Origin: Candidatus Omnitrophota bacterium
GTDB taxonomy: Bacteria > Omnitrophota > Gorgyraeia > Tantalellales > Tantalellaceae
Assembly (NCBI GenBank): GCA_030631915.1
Contig: DAOVKF010000002.1
Span: 1-38,348, forward strand
DNA length: 38,348 nt
Direction: 5' to 3'
The notes below the pieces were generated by a model. It did not search any database. It worked only from the letters and a program-made list of their open reading frames with translations, and had not been told where the DNA came from. The first letter of the stretch is position 1; each line of letters begins with the position of its first letter. This document shows, one piece after another, positions 18,785-26,753 of the stretch. Made by a program: the position numbers and the translations under genes.

Positions 18785-19525
18785 ATGCCGGAAGCCGGAT
18801 TAGAAGTAAGATTGATAGATAAGACAGAGAATCCCGTTGCCGTGATATACGCGGCCTGCCGCCAGTGCTATTCCTCGATGTTCGCCGGTGATATATACAA
18901 AGATGCGCTTGCCTCGGAAGACATGGAAAAAGCGGGGGATTTTATACGCAAGGTGGTAAGGAGCGGTCATGAGAGCCCCCTTGAACACGTAAAATTCACG
19001 TTCGCGATCAAAGGGGTATCACGTGCGCTGACGCATCAACTCGTCCGTCACAGGCTGGCCTCCTATTCCCAGCAGAGCCAGAGGTACGTTAAGGAGTCGG
19101 ATCTTTCGTATATTATCCCTCCGTCGTTTAAAAAGGACGAAAAATTAAGAGCAAAGTTTCTCGCGGCAATGGAAACGATACAGAAAAGCTATAACGAGCT
19201 CACCGGACTGTTGAAAGAAAAAGGCGTGGAAGGGGAAAAGGCCAACCAGGATGCCAGGTTCGTGCTGCCGCAGGCCGCGGAGACAAAGATCGTGGTCACT
19301 ATGAACTGCCGCGAACTGAGACATTTCTTTCACCACAGATGCTGCACGAGAGCCCAGTGGGAGATACGCGCGCTGGCCGACCGCATGCTGGAGATATGCA
19401 GAGAGGAGATACCCGAAGTATTTTCCACCTCCGGCGCGAAATGCGTGGAACTGGGTTATTGCCCTGAAGGCCGGAAGTTTTCCTGCGGGAGATATCCGCT
19501 CAGGTCAGACGTCATAAGATCGTAA
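18785..19525 (+). CDS. thyX: FAD-dependent thymidylate synthase
   Basis: The ThyX signature RHRLASYSQQSQRY (RHRxxSxxxxSxR) is present, along with SPLEHV. Confidence 0.93.
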   Translation: MPEAGLEVRLIDKTENPVAVIYAACRQCYSSMFAGDIYKDALASEDMEKAGDFIRKVVRSGHESPLEHVKFTFAIKGVSRALTHQLVRHRLASYSQQSQRYVKESDLSYIIPPSFKKDEKLRAKFLAAMETIQKSYNELTGLLKEKGVEGEKANQDARFVLPQAAETKIVVTMNCRELRHFFHHRCCTRAQWEIRALADRMLEICREEIPEVFSTSGAKCVELGYCPEGRKFSCGRYPLRSDVIRS

Positions 19526-19548
19526 ATCGTAAGGCGTGATCGGGGGGG

Positions 19549-20070
19549 CTATTTTTTGTCGTAATTGATCAGGGTTTTCGGGTTGTATTGCCCGATCTGT
19601 TCGGTGTAATTCAGGAAAGACAATCCGATCACGGAGAATATACCCGCTACTTCCGCTCCCTGTTTTTCGACCATTGTTGCCACGGCTTTAAGCGTTCCGC
19701 CTGTCGCTATCAGGTCATCCACAATGAGCCACTTTTTTCCCGGCGCGAGGTCTGACTTGTGTATCTCAAGGGTGGCTTCGCCGTATTCCAGGGAATAACT
19801 CTGTTTGACGGTTTCCCCGGGTAGTTTCCCTTGTTTTCTGGCCAGGACAAGCGGAAGCGCTCTTCTAAGGGCAAAAGGCGCGCCGACTATGAACCCCCGG
19901 CTTTCAATGGCGATCACGCCGTTTATTTCAGCGTTTTTATAGAGATCGTCCATCCGGTCCAGTACGTATCGGAAGGCTTGGGGGCTGGTGAATATGCTGG
20001 TCACGTCGTAGAACAGAATGCCCGGTTTGGGAAAATCCGGAACCTTGCGGATCGCTTTATCCAGGTCCAT
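19549..20070 (-). CDS. apt: adenine phosphoribosyltransferase
   Basis: FPKPGILFYD is present, along with the PRPP loop WLIVDDLIATGGT. The length is about 173 aa. Confidence 0.92.
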   Translation of the reverse strand: MDLDKAIRKVPDFPKPGILFYDVTSIFTSPQAFRYVLDRMDDLYKNAEINGVIAIESRGFIVGAPFALRRALPLVLARKQGKLPGETVKQSYSLEYGEATLEIHKSDLAPGKKWLIVDDLIATGGTLKAVATMVEKQGAEVAGIFSVIGLSFLNYTEQIGQYNPKTLINYDKK

Positions 20071-20086
20071 CGTTCATCTCCTGTTC

Positions 20087-20124
20087 AGACACGGATCAAA
20101 CGGATTTCAGGGAACCCCGTGTCT
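20087..20124 (-). other. intercistronic stem-loop between hppA and apt
   Basis: AGACACGG (20087-20094) and CCGTGTCT (20117-20124) are exact 8-bp complements around a 22-nt loop. No U-tract follows on the minus strand, and the apt SD (AGGAG) lies just downstream. Confidence 0.4.
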
Positions 20125-20151
20125 TTATGTTTAAATTTTCCACGGCCGCAT

Positions 20152-22128
20152 TCAGAATAGACTGATCAGCCGCTCATGCAACACAACGAATAATGCCCCG
20201 AATACCAGGGAAACCATGCCCATGAGCTTTATAAGGATGTTCATGGCCGGGCCTGCCGTGTCCTTGAAAGGATCGCCGACAGTGTCTCCGACGATGGCTG
20301 CCGCGTGGACATCCGTGCCTTTACCACCGAGATTTCCCTCTTCGATCCATTTCTTGGCGTTGTCCCACGCGCCGCCTCCGTTTGACATCATAATGCCCAG
20401 AAGGACGCCGCTGACGGTGGCGCCGGCAAGAAAGCCTCCCAGGGCTTCGACGCCGAGAAGGATACCAACCAATACCGGGCTTATGATCGCGACAAGGCCG
20501 GGCAGCACCATTTCCTTGAGCGCGCTTTTTGTCACTATGTCAATGCAGGTGTGGGTGTCCGGTTTCGCGGCGCCTTCCATAAGACCTTTTATCTCGCGGA
20601 ACTGCCGGCGTATTTCCTGGACAAGTTTATTAGCCGCTCTGCCGACCGCCTTCATGGTCATGGAAGCCATGGAGAAGGGGATGAGCGCGCCTATGAACAG
20701 CCCGACTATGGAGACGGGTCTTACAAGGTCAATCTTTGTCAGGCCTGTCACTTTTTGGAACGCCGCGAAGAGCGCCAGCGCCGTGAGAGCGGCCGAACCG
20801 ATCGCGAACCCCTTGCCGATAGCGGCTGTCGTGTTCCCCAGCGAATCGAGCTTATCCGTTATGCCGCGCACGCTTTTATCCAGCCCGCTCATTTCAGCGA
20901 TCCCGCCGGCGTTATCCGCTATGGGCCCGTAGGAGTCGGTTGACATGACTATGCCGATGGTGGAGAGCATGCCGACGGCCGCGAGGCCTATACCGTAGAG
21001 GCCTCCGAACTTATAGGCGATCAGTGTCGCGCCGCATATGGTCAGGACGGGTAATATGGTGCTTTCAAAGGCGATGGACAACCCCGTGACGATCGTGGTA
21101 GCCGGGCCGGTCCTGGCGCTTTCAGCGATGTCCCTGATCGGTTTGCCGGATGTAAAATATTCGCTTTCCACGCCTATAAGTATCCCGGCGCCCAGACCCG
21201 CCAGAATGGACCAGAACAGGGTGGTTTCACCGAACATCCTTTGAGCGGCGAAATATGCTCCGGCGAGGAACAGGACAGCGGAGATAAGGGTCGAATTTCT
21301 TAAAGCTGTCTGCGGGGCAAGCCTTTTTAAGAACCCCATGGACATAACACCCAGCATCGATGCCACAAGCCCTATAGTTATGAGAAATACCGGAAAGGTC
21401 AGATAGTTCAGTGGATTGGCCATTGTGGCACCTATGGCCATGGTCGCTATGACAGATCCGACATATGATTCGAACAGGTCAGCTCCCATTCCGGCGGTAT
21501 CGCCCACGTTGTCGCCGACATTGTCCGCTATTACACCGGGGTTGCGCGGGTCGTCTTCCGGGATACGGGCTTCTATTTTACCGACCAGGTCGGCTCCCAT
21601 GTCCGCGGCCTTTGTGTATATCCCCCCGCCGACACGGGCGAAAAGCGCTACAGAACTTGCGCCGAGCGCAAAACCCGTAATGATCGAGATGTCTCCCACG
21701 GCCATATAGCATATGCTGATCCCAGTCACACCGAGGGCCGCGACGGTTATGCCCATTACAGAGCCGCCGCGGAAAGCGATCCCGAGCGCTTCGCTGATAC
21801 CCGAAGACCTGGCTCCCTCACAGGTTCTCGCGTTGCAGCGGGTAGCCGCGTTCATGCCGATGAAACCGGCCAGCATCGAGCAGGACGCGCCCGTGACGTA
21901 CGCGATACCCGTATGCAGAGAAAGAAACCTGGAAATGACCGCGAACATAACGGCGGCAAAAACCGCGATTATACGATATTCCAGTGACAGGAAGGACATT
22001 GCCCCTTCGTGGATCTCGTGAGAAATATCGCGCATCCTGTCAGTGCCTTCCGGCTTTTTTAAGATCATAAAAAACGTGCCTATGGCAAACAGAATACCGA
22101 TCAGACCTGTAACAAATGATATAACCAT
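20152..22128 (-). CDS. hppA: membrane-bound pyrophosphate-energised cation pump (H+/Na+-PPase)
   Basis: GGGIYTKAADMGADLVGK, DNVGDNVGD, DSYGPIADNAGG and GDTVGDPFKDT are present in a multi-TM protein. The start is set to ATG 22128, which follows GGAGG. Confidence 0.93.
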   Translation of the reverse strand: MVISFVTGLIGILFAIGTFFMILKKPEGTDRMRDISHEIHEGAMSFLSLEYRIIAVFAAVMFAVISRFLSLHTGIAYVTGASCSMLAGFIGMNAATRCNARTCEGARSSGISEALGIAFRGGSVMGITVAALGVTGISICYMAVGDISIITGFALGASSVALFARVGGGIYTKAADMGADLVGKIEARIPEDDPRNPGVIADNVGDNVGDTAGMGADLFESYVGSVIATMAIGATMANPLNYLTFPVFLITIGLVASMLGVMSMGFLKRLAPQTALRNSTLISAVLFLAGAYFAAQRMFGETTLFWSILAGLGAGILIGVESEYFTSGKPIRDIAESARTGPATTIVTGLSIAFESTILPVLTICGATLIAYKFGGLYGIGLAAVGMLSTIGIVMSTDSYGPIADNAGGIAEMSGLDKSVRGITDKLDSLGNTTAAIGKGFAIGSAALTALALFAAFQKVTGLTKIDLVRPVSIVGLFIGALIPFSMASMTMKAVGRAANKLVQEIRRQFREIKGLMEGAAKPDTHTCIDIVTKSALKEMVLPGLVAIISPVLVGILLGVEALGGFLAGATVSGVLLGIMMSNGGGAWDNAKKWIEEGNLGGKGTDVHAAAIVGDTVGDPFKDTAGPAMNILIKLMGMVSLVFGALFVVLHERLISLF

Positions 22129-22224
22129 ACTCCCCTCCGATAAGTGACCCGGATCCGTGATAACGAAAAAAACCGGGGACACAATACCATATCAGGCCCT
22201 GTTTTGCAATTAAAAAGTTTTAAA

Positions 22225-23847
22225 CTATGGTTCTACGGGTTTGGGCGGTTTCTTGATGAATTTTGCGGAGGGCAGTGTCAGAACAAAGCACGTTCCTTTT
22301 TTGCTGGTCTTTTCCAGGCGCAGCATCCCCCGGTTAGCTTCCGCGATCGATTTAGAAATGGACAGGCCGAGCCCGGTACCCGATATTTTGGTGCTGTAAA
22401 AAAGATCGAAGATACTTTTTTTTGCGGCATCCATGATACCCGGGCCGGTGTCGCAGATCCGGGCATTCACCTTATGGCTGTGATCGGATAAGAACAGCGT
22501 TATGACGAGTGAGCCGGTATCGTACATGGCCTGCACCGCGTTCAGGATCAGGTTCCGCAGTATACTGTAGAGCTGGTGGAAGTCCATATAGACCAGGAGC
22601 GGGACGCTTCTGTCCCTGACGACCTTGACCTCGATACCTTCTGGTATTTCCAGGTCTTTAAGCACTTCATCCAGGCATTCCTGTGCGGATATCTCCGAAG
22701 GCGCTTCTATCCTGACGCGGGAATAACTGAGGATGCTTTTCAGTATATTGCTTGTGAGCTTGATCTTGTCATCAAGCATATCGAGCCTTTTGAGGAACAG
22801 CTTGCTGTCAGCGGAGCTTTCATTGCGGAGAAGATATATTGAATTTTTCATGGTACCCAGCGGGTTCTGCAGCTCATGCGCTATCTGGCCGGCCATGATC
22901 CCCAGTACCGCGAGCTTTTCCTTTTCTATTATCTTGGAGCTCATGCGCTGTATTTGCTGCGTTTTCAATTTTATGGTGGCTTTCAGCGAGACCACCCATA
23001 GTAAAATAAGCAGCGCCAGCAGGACGCCGGTTATTTTAGCGGTCATCGCAAAGACGGTTTGCCAGCGAAAGGGCTTTATGAGGTAAGTGCCGAACCATCT
23101 TCTATTCAACCGCTGCAAAGCTCTGTTCTCTTCCAGGATCCTCAGGCCGAGGTTGATGTCGTTCAACAGCGCATGCTCGCCTTTTTTGACGGATAACGAG
23201 TACTGGTAGATAAGGTCGGCGATCGGGGCGATGATCCTCAGGTTGCGAAGATCGTCCCGCTGTATGTAGTAGAGAGCGGCATTTTTCTCGGCAATAACCG
23301 CCGTTATTTCCCGGTTCTGCAGCTTGTGCAGGGCGTCGAGCATTGTGTCTGTTTTGATCAGCGTTATCCGCGGATTTTTCTCGAACCTGTCCAGGACATA
23401 GCTCCCGGCATAGATCCCGACGGCCGTGCCTTCCAGGGATTTGATCGAGTCAACGTGACCGGTTTTTTCTTCCACAAAAATAGCGTATTCGACCTCGCAG
23501 ATCGGGTTCGAAAAATCCATGTATTTTTCCCATTTTCTGCTGACCTGGGCACCGATCAATCCGTCGACCTTTCCGGCCTTGATCGCTTCCAGGCATTTTT
23601 CCCAGGGCATCAGTTTTATCGATATATTTTTCTTTATGACCGGCGCCAGGACCCTTATCAGGTCGATCGAATAACCTTGAGGTATACCTCTGGATTCAAA
23701 TGAATAAGGGGCGTAGTCGATATCACCGGCAAATATAAGAGAAATTTCGCCGGAAGCCCTGTTCGAGACAAGGATAAAGCACGCGAGGATCACAGAGAAA
23801 AATGTGAGGGTCGCGAGACAGATCGTTCTGGTATTGTTCAGCTTCAT
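22225..23847 (-). CDS. sensor histidine kinase with a periplasmic type-3 solute-binding (amino-acid-binding-like) domain
   Basis: Domain order is N-terminal TM, an SBP_bac_3-like domain (DYAPYSF...GYSIDL...), a second TM, the H-box IAHELQNPL, the N-box NLILNAVQAM, G1 DTGPGI and G2 GTGLGLSI. The start is set to ATG 23847 (MKLNNTRT...). The 99-codon upstream extension is intergenic repeat DNA. Confidence 0.85.
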   Translation of the reverse strand: MKLNNTRTICLATLTFFSVILACFILVSNRASGEISLIFAGDIDYAPYSFESRGIPQGYSIDLIRVLAPVIKKNISIKLMPWEKCLEAIKAGKVDGLIGAQVSRKWEKYMDFSNPICEVEYAIFVEEKTGHVDSIKSLEGTAVGIYAGSYVLDRFEKNPRITLIKTDTMLDALHKLQNREITAVIAEKNAALYYIQRDDLRNLRIIAPIADLIYQYSLSVKKGEHALLNDINLGLRILEENRALQRLNRRWFGTYLIKPFRWQTVFAMTAKITGVLLALLILLWVVSLKATIKLKTQQIQRMSSKIIEKEKLAVLGIMAGQIAHELQNPLGTMKNSIYLLRNESSADSKLFLKRLDMLDDKIKLTSNILKSILSYSRVRIEAPSEISAQECLDEVLKDLEIPEGIEVKVVRDRSVPLLVYMDFHQLYSILRNLILNAVQAMYDTGSLVITLFLSDHSHKVNARICDTGPGIMDAAKKSIFDLFYSTKISGTGLGLSISKSIAEANRGMLRLEKTSKKGTCFVLTLPSAKFIKKPPKPVEP

Positions 23848-23887
23848 GATTCGATCAGGATACAGTATTATAACCGACAGCGATAAT

Positions 23888-23916
23888 AGTATACACTGCA
23901 AACCCGGCAGGTTCAA
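23888..23916 (-). promoter_or_regulatory. sigma70-type promoter with extended -10, for the histidine kinase
   Basis: On the minus strand: TTGAAC, a 17-nt spacer, then TGtTATACT. Confidence 0.5.
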
Positions 23917-23957
23917 TATCCGGACATGTTTTTTGCGAGAGCCCTGCGAAAGAGTAA

Positions 23958-23987
23958 CCGTTCCCCGGCCGGCCGTTCCTCGGCCGG
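23958..23987. repeat. tandem 15-nt direct repeat CCGTTCCcCGGCCGG / CCGTTCCtCGGCCGG
   Basis: Read directly from the sequence: 14 of 15 positions are identical and the units are head-to-tail. The repeat ends 1 nt before the -35 of the plus-strand promoter. Confidence 0.85.
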
Positions 23988-23988
23988 C

Positions 23989-24017
23989 TTGCGCTCGCAG
24001 GGTCAAAATGTTACAAT
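23989..24017 (+). promoter_or_regulatory. sigma70-type promoter with extended -10, for the plus-strand envelope array
   Basis: TTGCGC (23989-23994), a 17-nt spacer, then TGtTACAAT (-10 hexamer at 24012-24017). The -10 abuts the ORF-track ATG at 24018, so that ATG would not be transcribed from this promoter. Confidence 0.5.
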
Positions 24018-24056
24018 ATGGCATCACTGCATCGGGTAACAAAAGGACCAACGGAT

Positions 24057-24551
24057 ATGAATGATCCCGGCCGAAAAGACCATGAGAGATACACTTCCCG
24101 TAAGTCGCTGGTCCTTGACCTGGCCGCGCATGTGGTGCTGACATCGGCGCTTTCGTGTTTTTTCTACTTTTCCACCGGCCGGCCGGGCCAGGCTGCCCTC
24201 TGTATCCTGGGGGGACTGTTTATAGATGTTGACCATTTTATCGATCATTTCCTTTACCATGGGTGGACGTTCAGCTTGAAGGAGTTCCTGTATCATTCAC
24301 ATCTGGATTCGGGAAAGATCTATATCGTTTTCCATTCCTGGGAGCTTGTAATATTGTTATGGGGCGTTTCTTTTATGGTGTCCTGGCTGCTTCCCCTGGC
24401 GGCAGGCATGACCCTGCATCTTGCGGTGGATCAGGTGTTGTGCACCAGGTCGAAATTGTTTTATTTTTTGGCGTATAGATGGTATCATGGGTTCAGGTGG
24501 GGAATAGCCGCGCCGGAGATCCTCTTGAGAGGGAATAAGGGGACACAGTGA
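24057..24551 (+). CDS. small multi-pass membrane protein, DUF457/YdjM-like metal-dependent hydrolase candidate
   Basis: Four or five hydrophobic segments carry His/Asp clusters (AAHVV, IDVDHFIDH, FHSWE, LHLAVD) reminiscent of YdjM-family proteins. The family assignment is weak. The start at ATG 24057 follows from the promoter position. Confidence 0.4.
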   Translation: MNDPGRKDHERYTSRKSLVLDLAAHVVLTSALSCFFYFSTGRPGQAALCILGGLFIDVDHFIDHFLYHGWTFSLKEFLYHSHLDSGKIYIVFHSWELVILLWGVSFMVSWLLPLAAGMTLHLAVDQVLCTRSKLFYFLAYRWYHGFRWGIAAPEILLRGNKGTQ

Positions 24552-24594
24552 AAAGGATGAAGGTTAAAGGGCAAAGGATGAACGGAGGGATATT

Positions 24595-25338
24595 ATGGAT
24601 ATAAAAAATATCGAGAAACTTCCACCGGGTGCCGGAAAGGTCCTGGGGCCGTATCTTGATGAACTGGAGAAGCTCTACAACGGCGCCATGATCTCTATTT
24701 TCGCGTATGGGAGCGTTACAGGCCCTGACTATGATCCCCGGACGTCGGACATAAATATCGCGGTGGTATTAAAAGACACTTCCGTCAAAGAGCTCAGATC
24801 GGCGCTTAAGATCGTAAAATCGGGGATCCGGAAAAGAATAACCGTTCCGCTCTTCCTGACTTCTGCTTACATAAAGATGTCACTTGATACGTTTCCCATG
24901 GAGTTCATGAATATGAAGGACACGCGGCTGGTCCTTTTCGGCGATGACGTCCTGGCCGATATCAGCGCGAATAATGAGGATTTGAGGAGGGAGTGCGAAT
25001 ATCAGCTGAAGGGAAAACTCCTTACCATAAGGCAGGCATATCTTGAGCAGGCCCTGGGCCGTCGAGGGCTTGAAAGGCTGATCAAAATGTCATTACGCGC
25101 GTTGCTGCCCGTGTTCCAGAATATGCTCAGGATAAAACGCGGAAATCCCCCTCCGAGGGGCAGGACAGAGGTCCTGATGGAGGTCGGTGAAGCGTTCAAT
25201 ATCGACATGTCGGCGTTCCTGGAAGTGGCGCACGACAGGAAGACCGAAGGGCGTATAGCCGGGAAGCCGGCGGAATCGTTCATAGATACGTTCCTCGCCC
25301 GGCTGGAGCATCTGTCCGGGATCGTTGATAATATTTAG
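24595..25338 (+). CDS. Pol-beta-superfamily nucleotidyltransferase-fold protein with a helical C-terminal domain
   Basis: FAYGSVTGPDYDPRTSDINIAVVL fits hG[GS]-x(9-13)-D-h-[DE]-h, except that Asn replaces the second acidic residue. The C-terminal half is helical, an architecture like KNTase or an MNT-HEPN fusion. GGAGGGA lies upstream of the ATG. Confidence 0.6.
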   Translation: MDIKNIEKLPPGAGKVLGPYLDELEKLYNGAMISIFAYGSVTGPDYDPRTSDINIAVVLKDTSVKELRSALKIVKSGIRKRITVPLFLTSAYIKMSLDTFPMEFMNMKDTRLVLFGDDVLADISANNEDLRRECEYQLKGKLLTIRQAYLEQALGRRGLERLIKMSLRALLPVFQNMLRIKRGNPPPRGRTEVLMEVGEAFNIDMSAFLEVAHDRKTEGRIAGKPAESFIDTFLARLEHLSGIVDNI

Positions 25339-25348
25339 GCGGGAAAAC

Positions 25349-26098
25349 ATGAGAAAGCTCTCAATATTTCTATGCGGCATATTGATCTGTTGTGTCTTTG
25401 TCTGCGCCCGTTCGGAAGCAGCCGTCCGCTTTCCTTCTCCGAAAGGTTTTGTGAATGATTATGCCGGGGTCCTTTCCCAGGACGCGGAAGGACAGATAGG
25501 GAGTCTGCTGGCCCTGATAGAAAAGAAGACCTCGGTGGAAGTTGCCGTAGTAACGGTTAAAACCACGGTACCGTTAACCATCGGCCAGTATGCGGTCGAG
25601 CTGTTCCAGGACTGGGGGATAGGAAAGAAAGGTCCGGATAACGGTGTTCTGTTGCTTGTGGCGACCGATGACAGGAAGATCAGGATCGAGGTGGGCTATG
25701 GCCTGGAAGGGGCCATTACTGATATGCACAGCAAGATGATCATCGATGACCTCATGATCCCTCATTTCAAAAAAGGCGATTTTGACCTGGGTATCATGGC
25801 CGGGGCCGTGATGATAGCAAAGATCATAAGAGACGAATACAATGTCGACCTGGACCTGGCGGAAGCGGGCAGCCTTCCCGTTTCTCCCAAAGGCGCGAGG
25901 AAAAGATCTCCTCTTTCTGTTTTATTGACTTTTGTCTTCTTTGTATTGATCTTTGGCTTCCGGTTCGGGACATTGTTCTTTCTTATGAGCGGAAGAGGCG
26001 GATACTGGTCCGGCGGATCAGGCGGCTCTTTTGGCGGCGGGTTCGGCGGATTCGGCGGCGGCATGTCAGGCGGCGGCGGAGCCTCGGGCTCCTGGTGA
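25349..26098 (+). CDS. TPM-domain (YgcG-like) protein with a C-terminal TM helix and Gly-rich tail
   Basis: A signal peptide MRKLSIFLCGILICCVFVCARSEA is followed by the TPM hallmark VNDYAGVLS...IAVVT..., a TM helix LLTFVFFVLIFGF and the tail GGSGGSFGGGFGGFGGGMSGGGG. Confidence 0.8.
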   Translation: MRKLSIFLCGILICCVFVCARSEAAVRFPSPKGFVNDYAGVLSQDAEGQIGSLLALIEKKTSVEVAVVTVKTTVPLTIGQYAVELFQDWGIGKKGPDNGVLLLVATDDRKIRIEVGYGLEGAITDMHSKMIIDDLMIPHFKKGDFDLGIMAGAVMIAKIIRDEYNVDLDLAEAGSLPVSPKGARKRSPLSVLLTFVFFVLIFGFRFGTLFFLMSGRGGYWSGGSGGSFGGGFGGFGGGMSGGGGASGSW

Positions 26099-26157
26099 AT
26101 CAGTGGATAGTGAATAGTCGTAAACGACTTGTTACGGATTACGAAAGAGGGGGGGAC

Positions 26158-26724
26158 ATGAAAAAATTATGGATCACATTAGGCGTTATCGCGCTCATTA
26201 TCCTGTTAGCTGCCGGCTGGCTTATCAGCGGCCTGAATCAGGTTGTCCGGCTGGACGAAGCCGTGAATTCCGCGTGGGCGCAGGTGGAAAATCAGCTTCA
26301 GAGGCGGAATGACCTGGTACCCAACCTGGTCAATACCGTAAAAGGATATGCCGCCCATGAAAAGGATGTCTTTACCAGAGTAACGGAACTGCGAAGCCAG
26401 TGGGGGAAGGCTGGCACACAGGCGGAAAAAATAGCGACAGCCAACCAGCTCTCCGGAGCCCTTTCGCGTCTTTTACTTGTAGCGGAGAATTATCCGCAAC
26501 TCAAGGCCAATCAGAATTTTCTGAGCCTTCAGGCCCAGCTTGAAGGCACGGAAAACAGGATAGCCGTTGAGCGGATGCGTTATAATCGCGAAGTGAAAGC
26601 CTTTAACGCGTACCGGCGCACGGTATTCGGCGCGGTATTCGCCTCTATGCGGGGCCTGCATCAACCGCGGGAGTATTTTGAAACTCCGGAATCAGCAAAA
26701 GAAGTGCCGCTTGTCAAGTTCTGA
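26158..26724 (+). CDS. lemA: LemA family protein
   Basis: An N-terminal TM helix is followed by NSAWAQVENQLQRRNDLVPNLVNTVKGYAAHEKDVF and ENYPQLKANQNFLSLQAQLEGTENRIAVERMRYN. The start at ATG 26158 follows GAGGGGGG. Confidence 0.88.
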   Translation: MKKLWITLGVIALIILLAAGWLISGLNQVVRLDEAVNSAWAQVENQLQRRNDLVPNLVNTVKGYAAHEKDVFTRVTELRSQWGKAGTQAEKIATANQLSGALSRLLLVAENYPQLKANQNFLSLQAQLEGTENRIAVERMRYNREVKAFNAYRRTVFGAVFASMRGLHQPREYFETPESAKEVPLVKF

Positions 26725-26753
26725 GACGCAGGGGATCAATCCGGAAGGAGGGT

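Noticed and set aside
24009-24042. An inverted repeat TGTTAC-N22-GTAACA overlaps the -10 and early leader of the envelope-array promoter. I considered it as a LexA-type operator because YdjM-family genes are SOS-regulated in E. coli.
   Set aside because: The arms are only 6 bp with a 22-nt spacer. It matches neither the CTGT-N8-ACAG nor the GAAC-N4-GTTC LexA box, and the family assignment of the downstream gene is itself weak.
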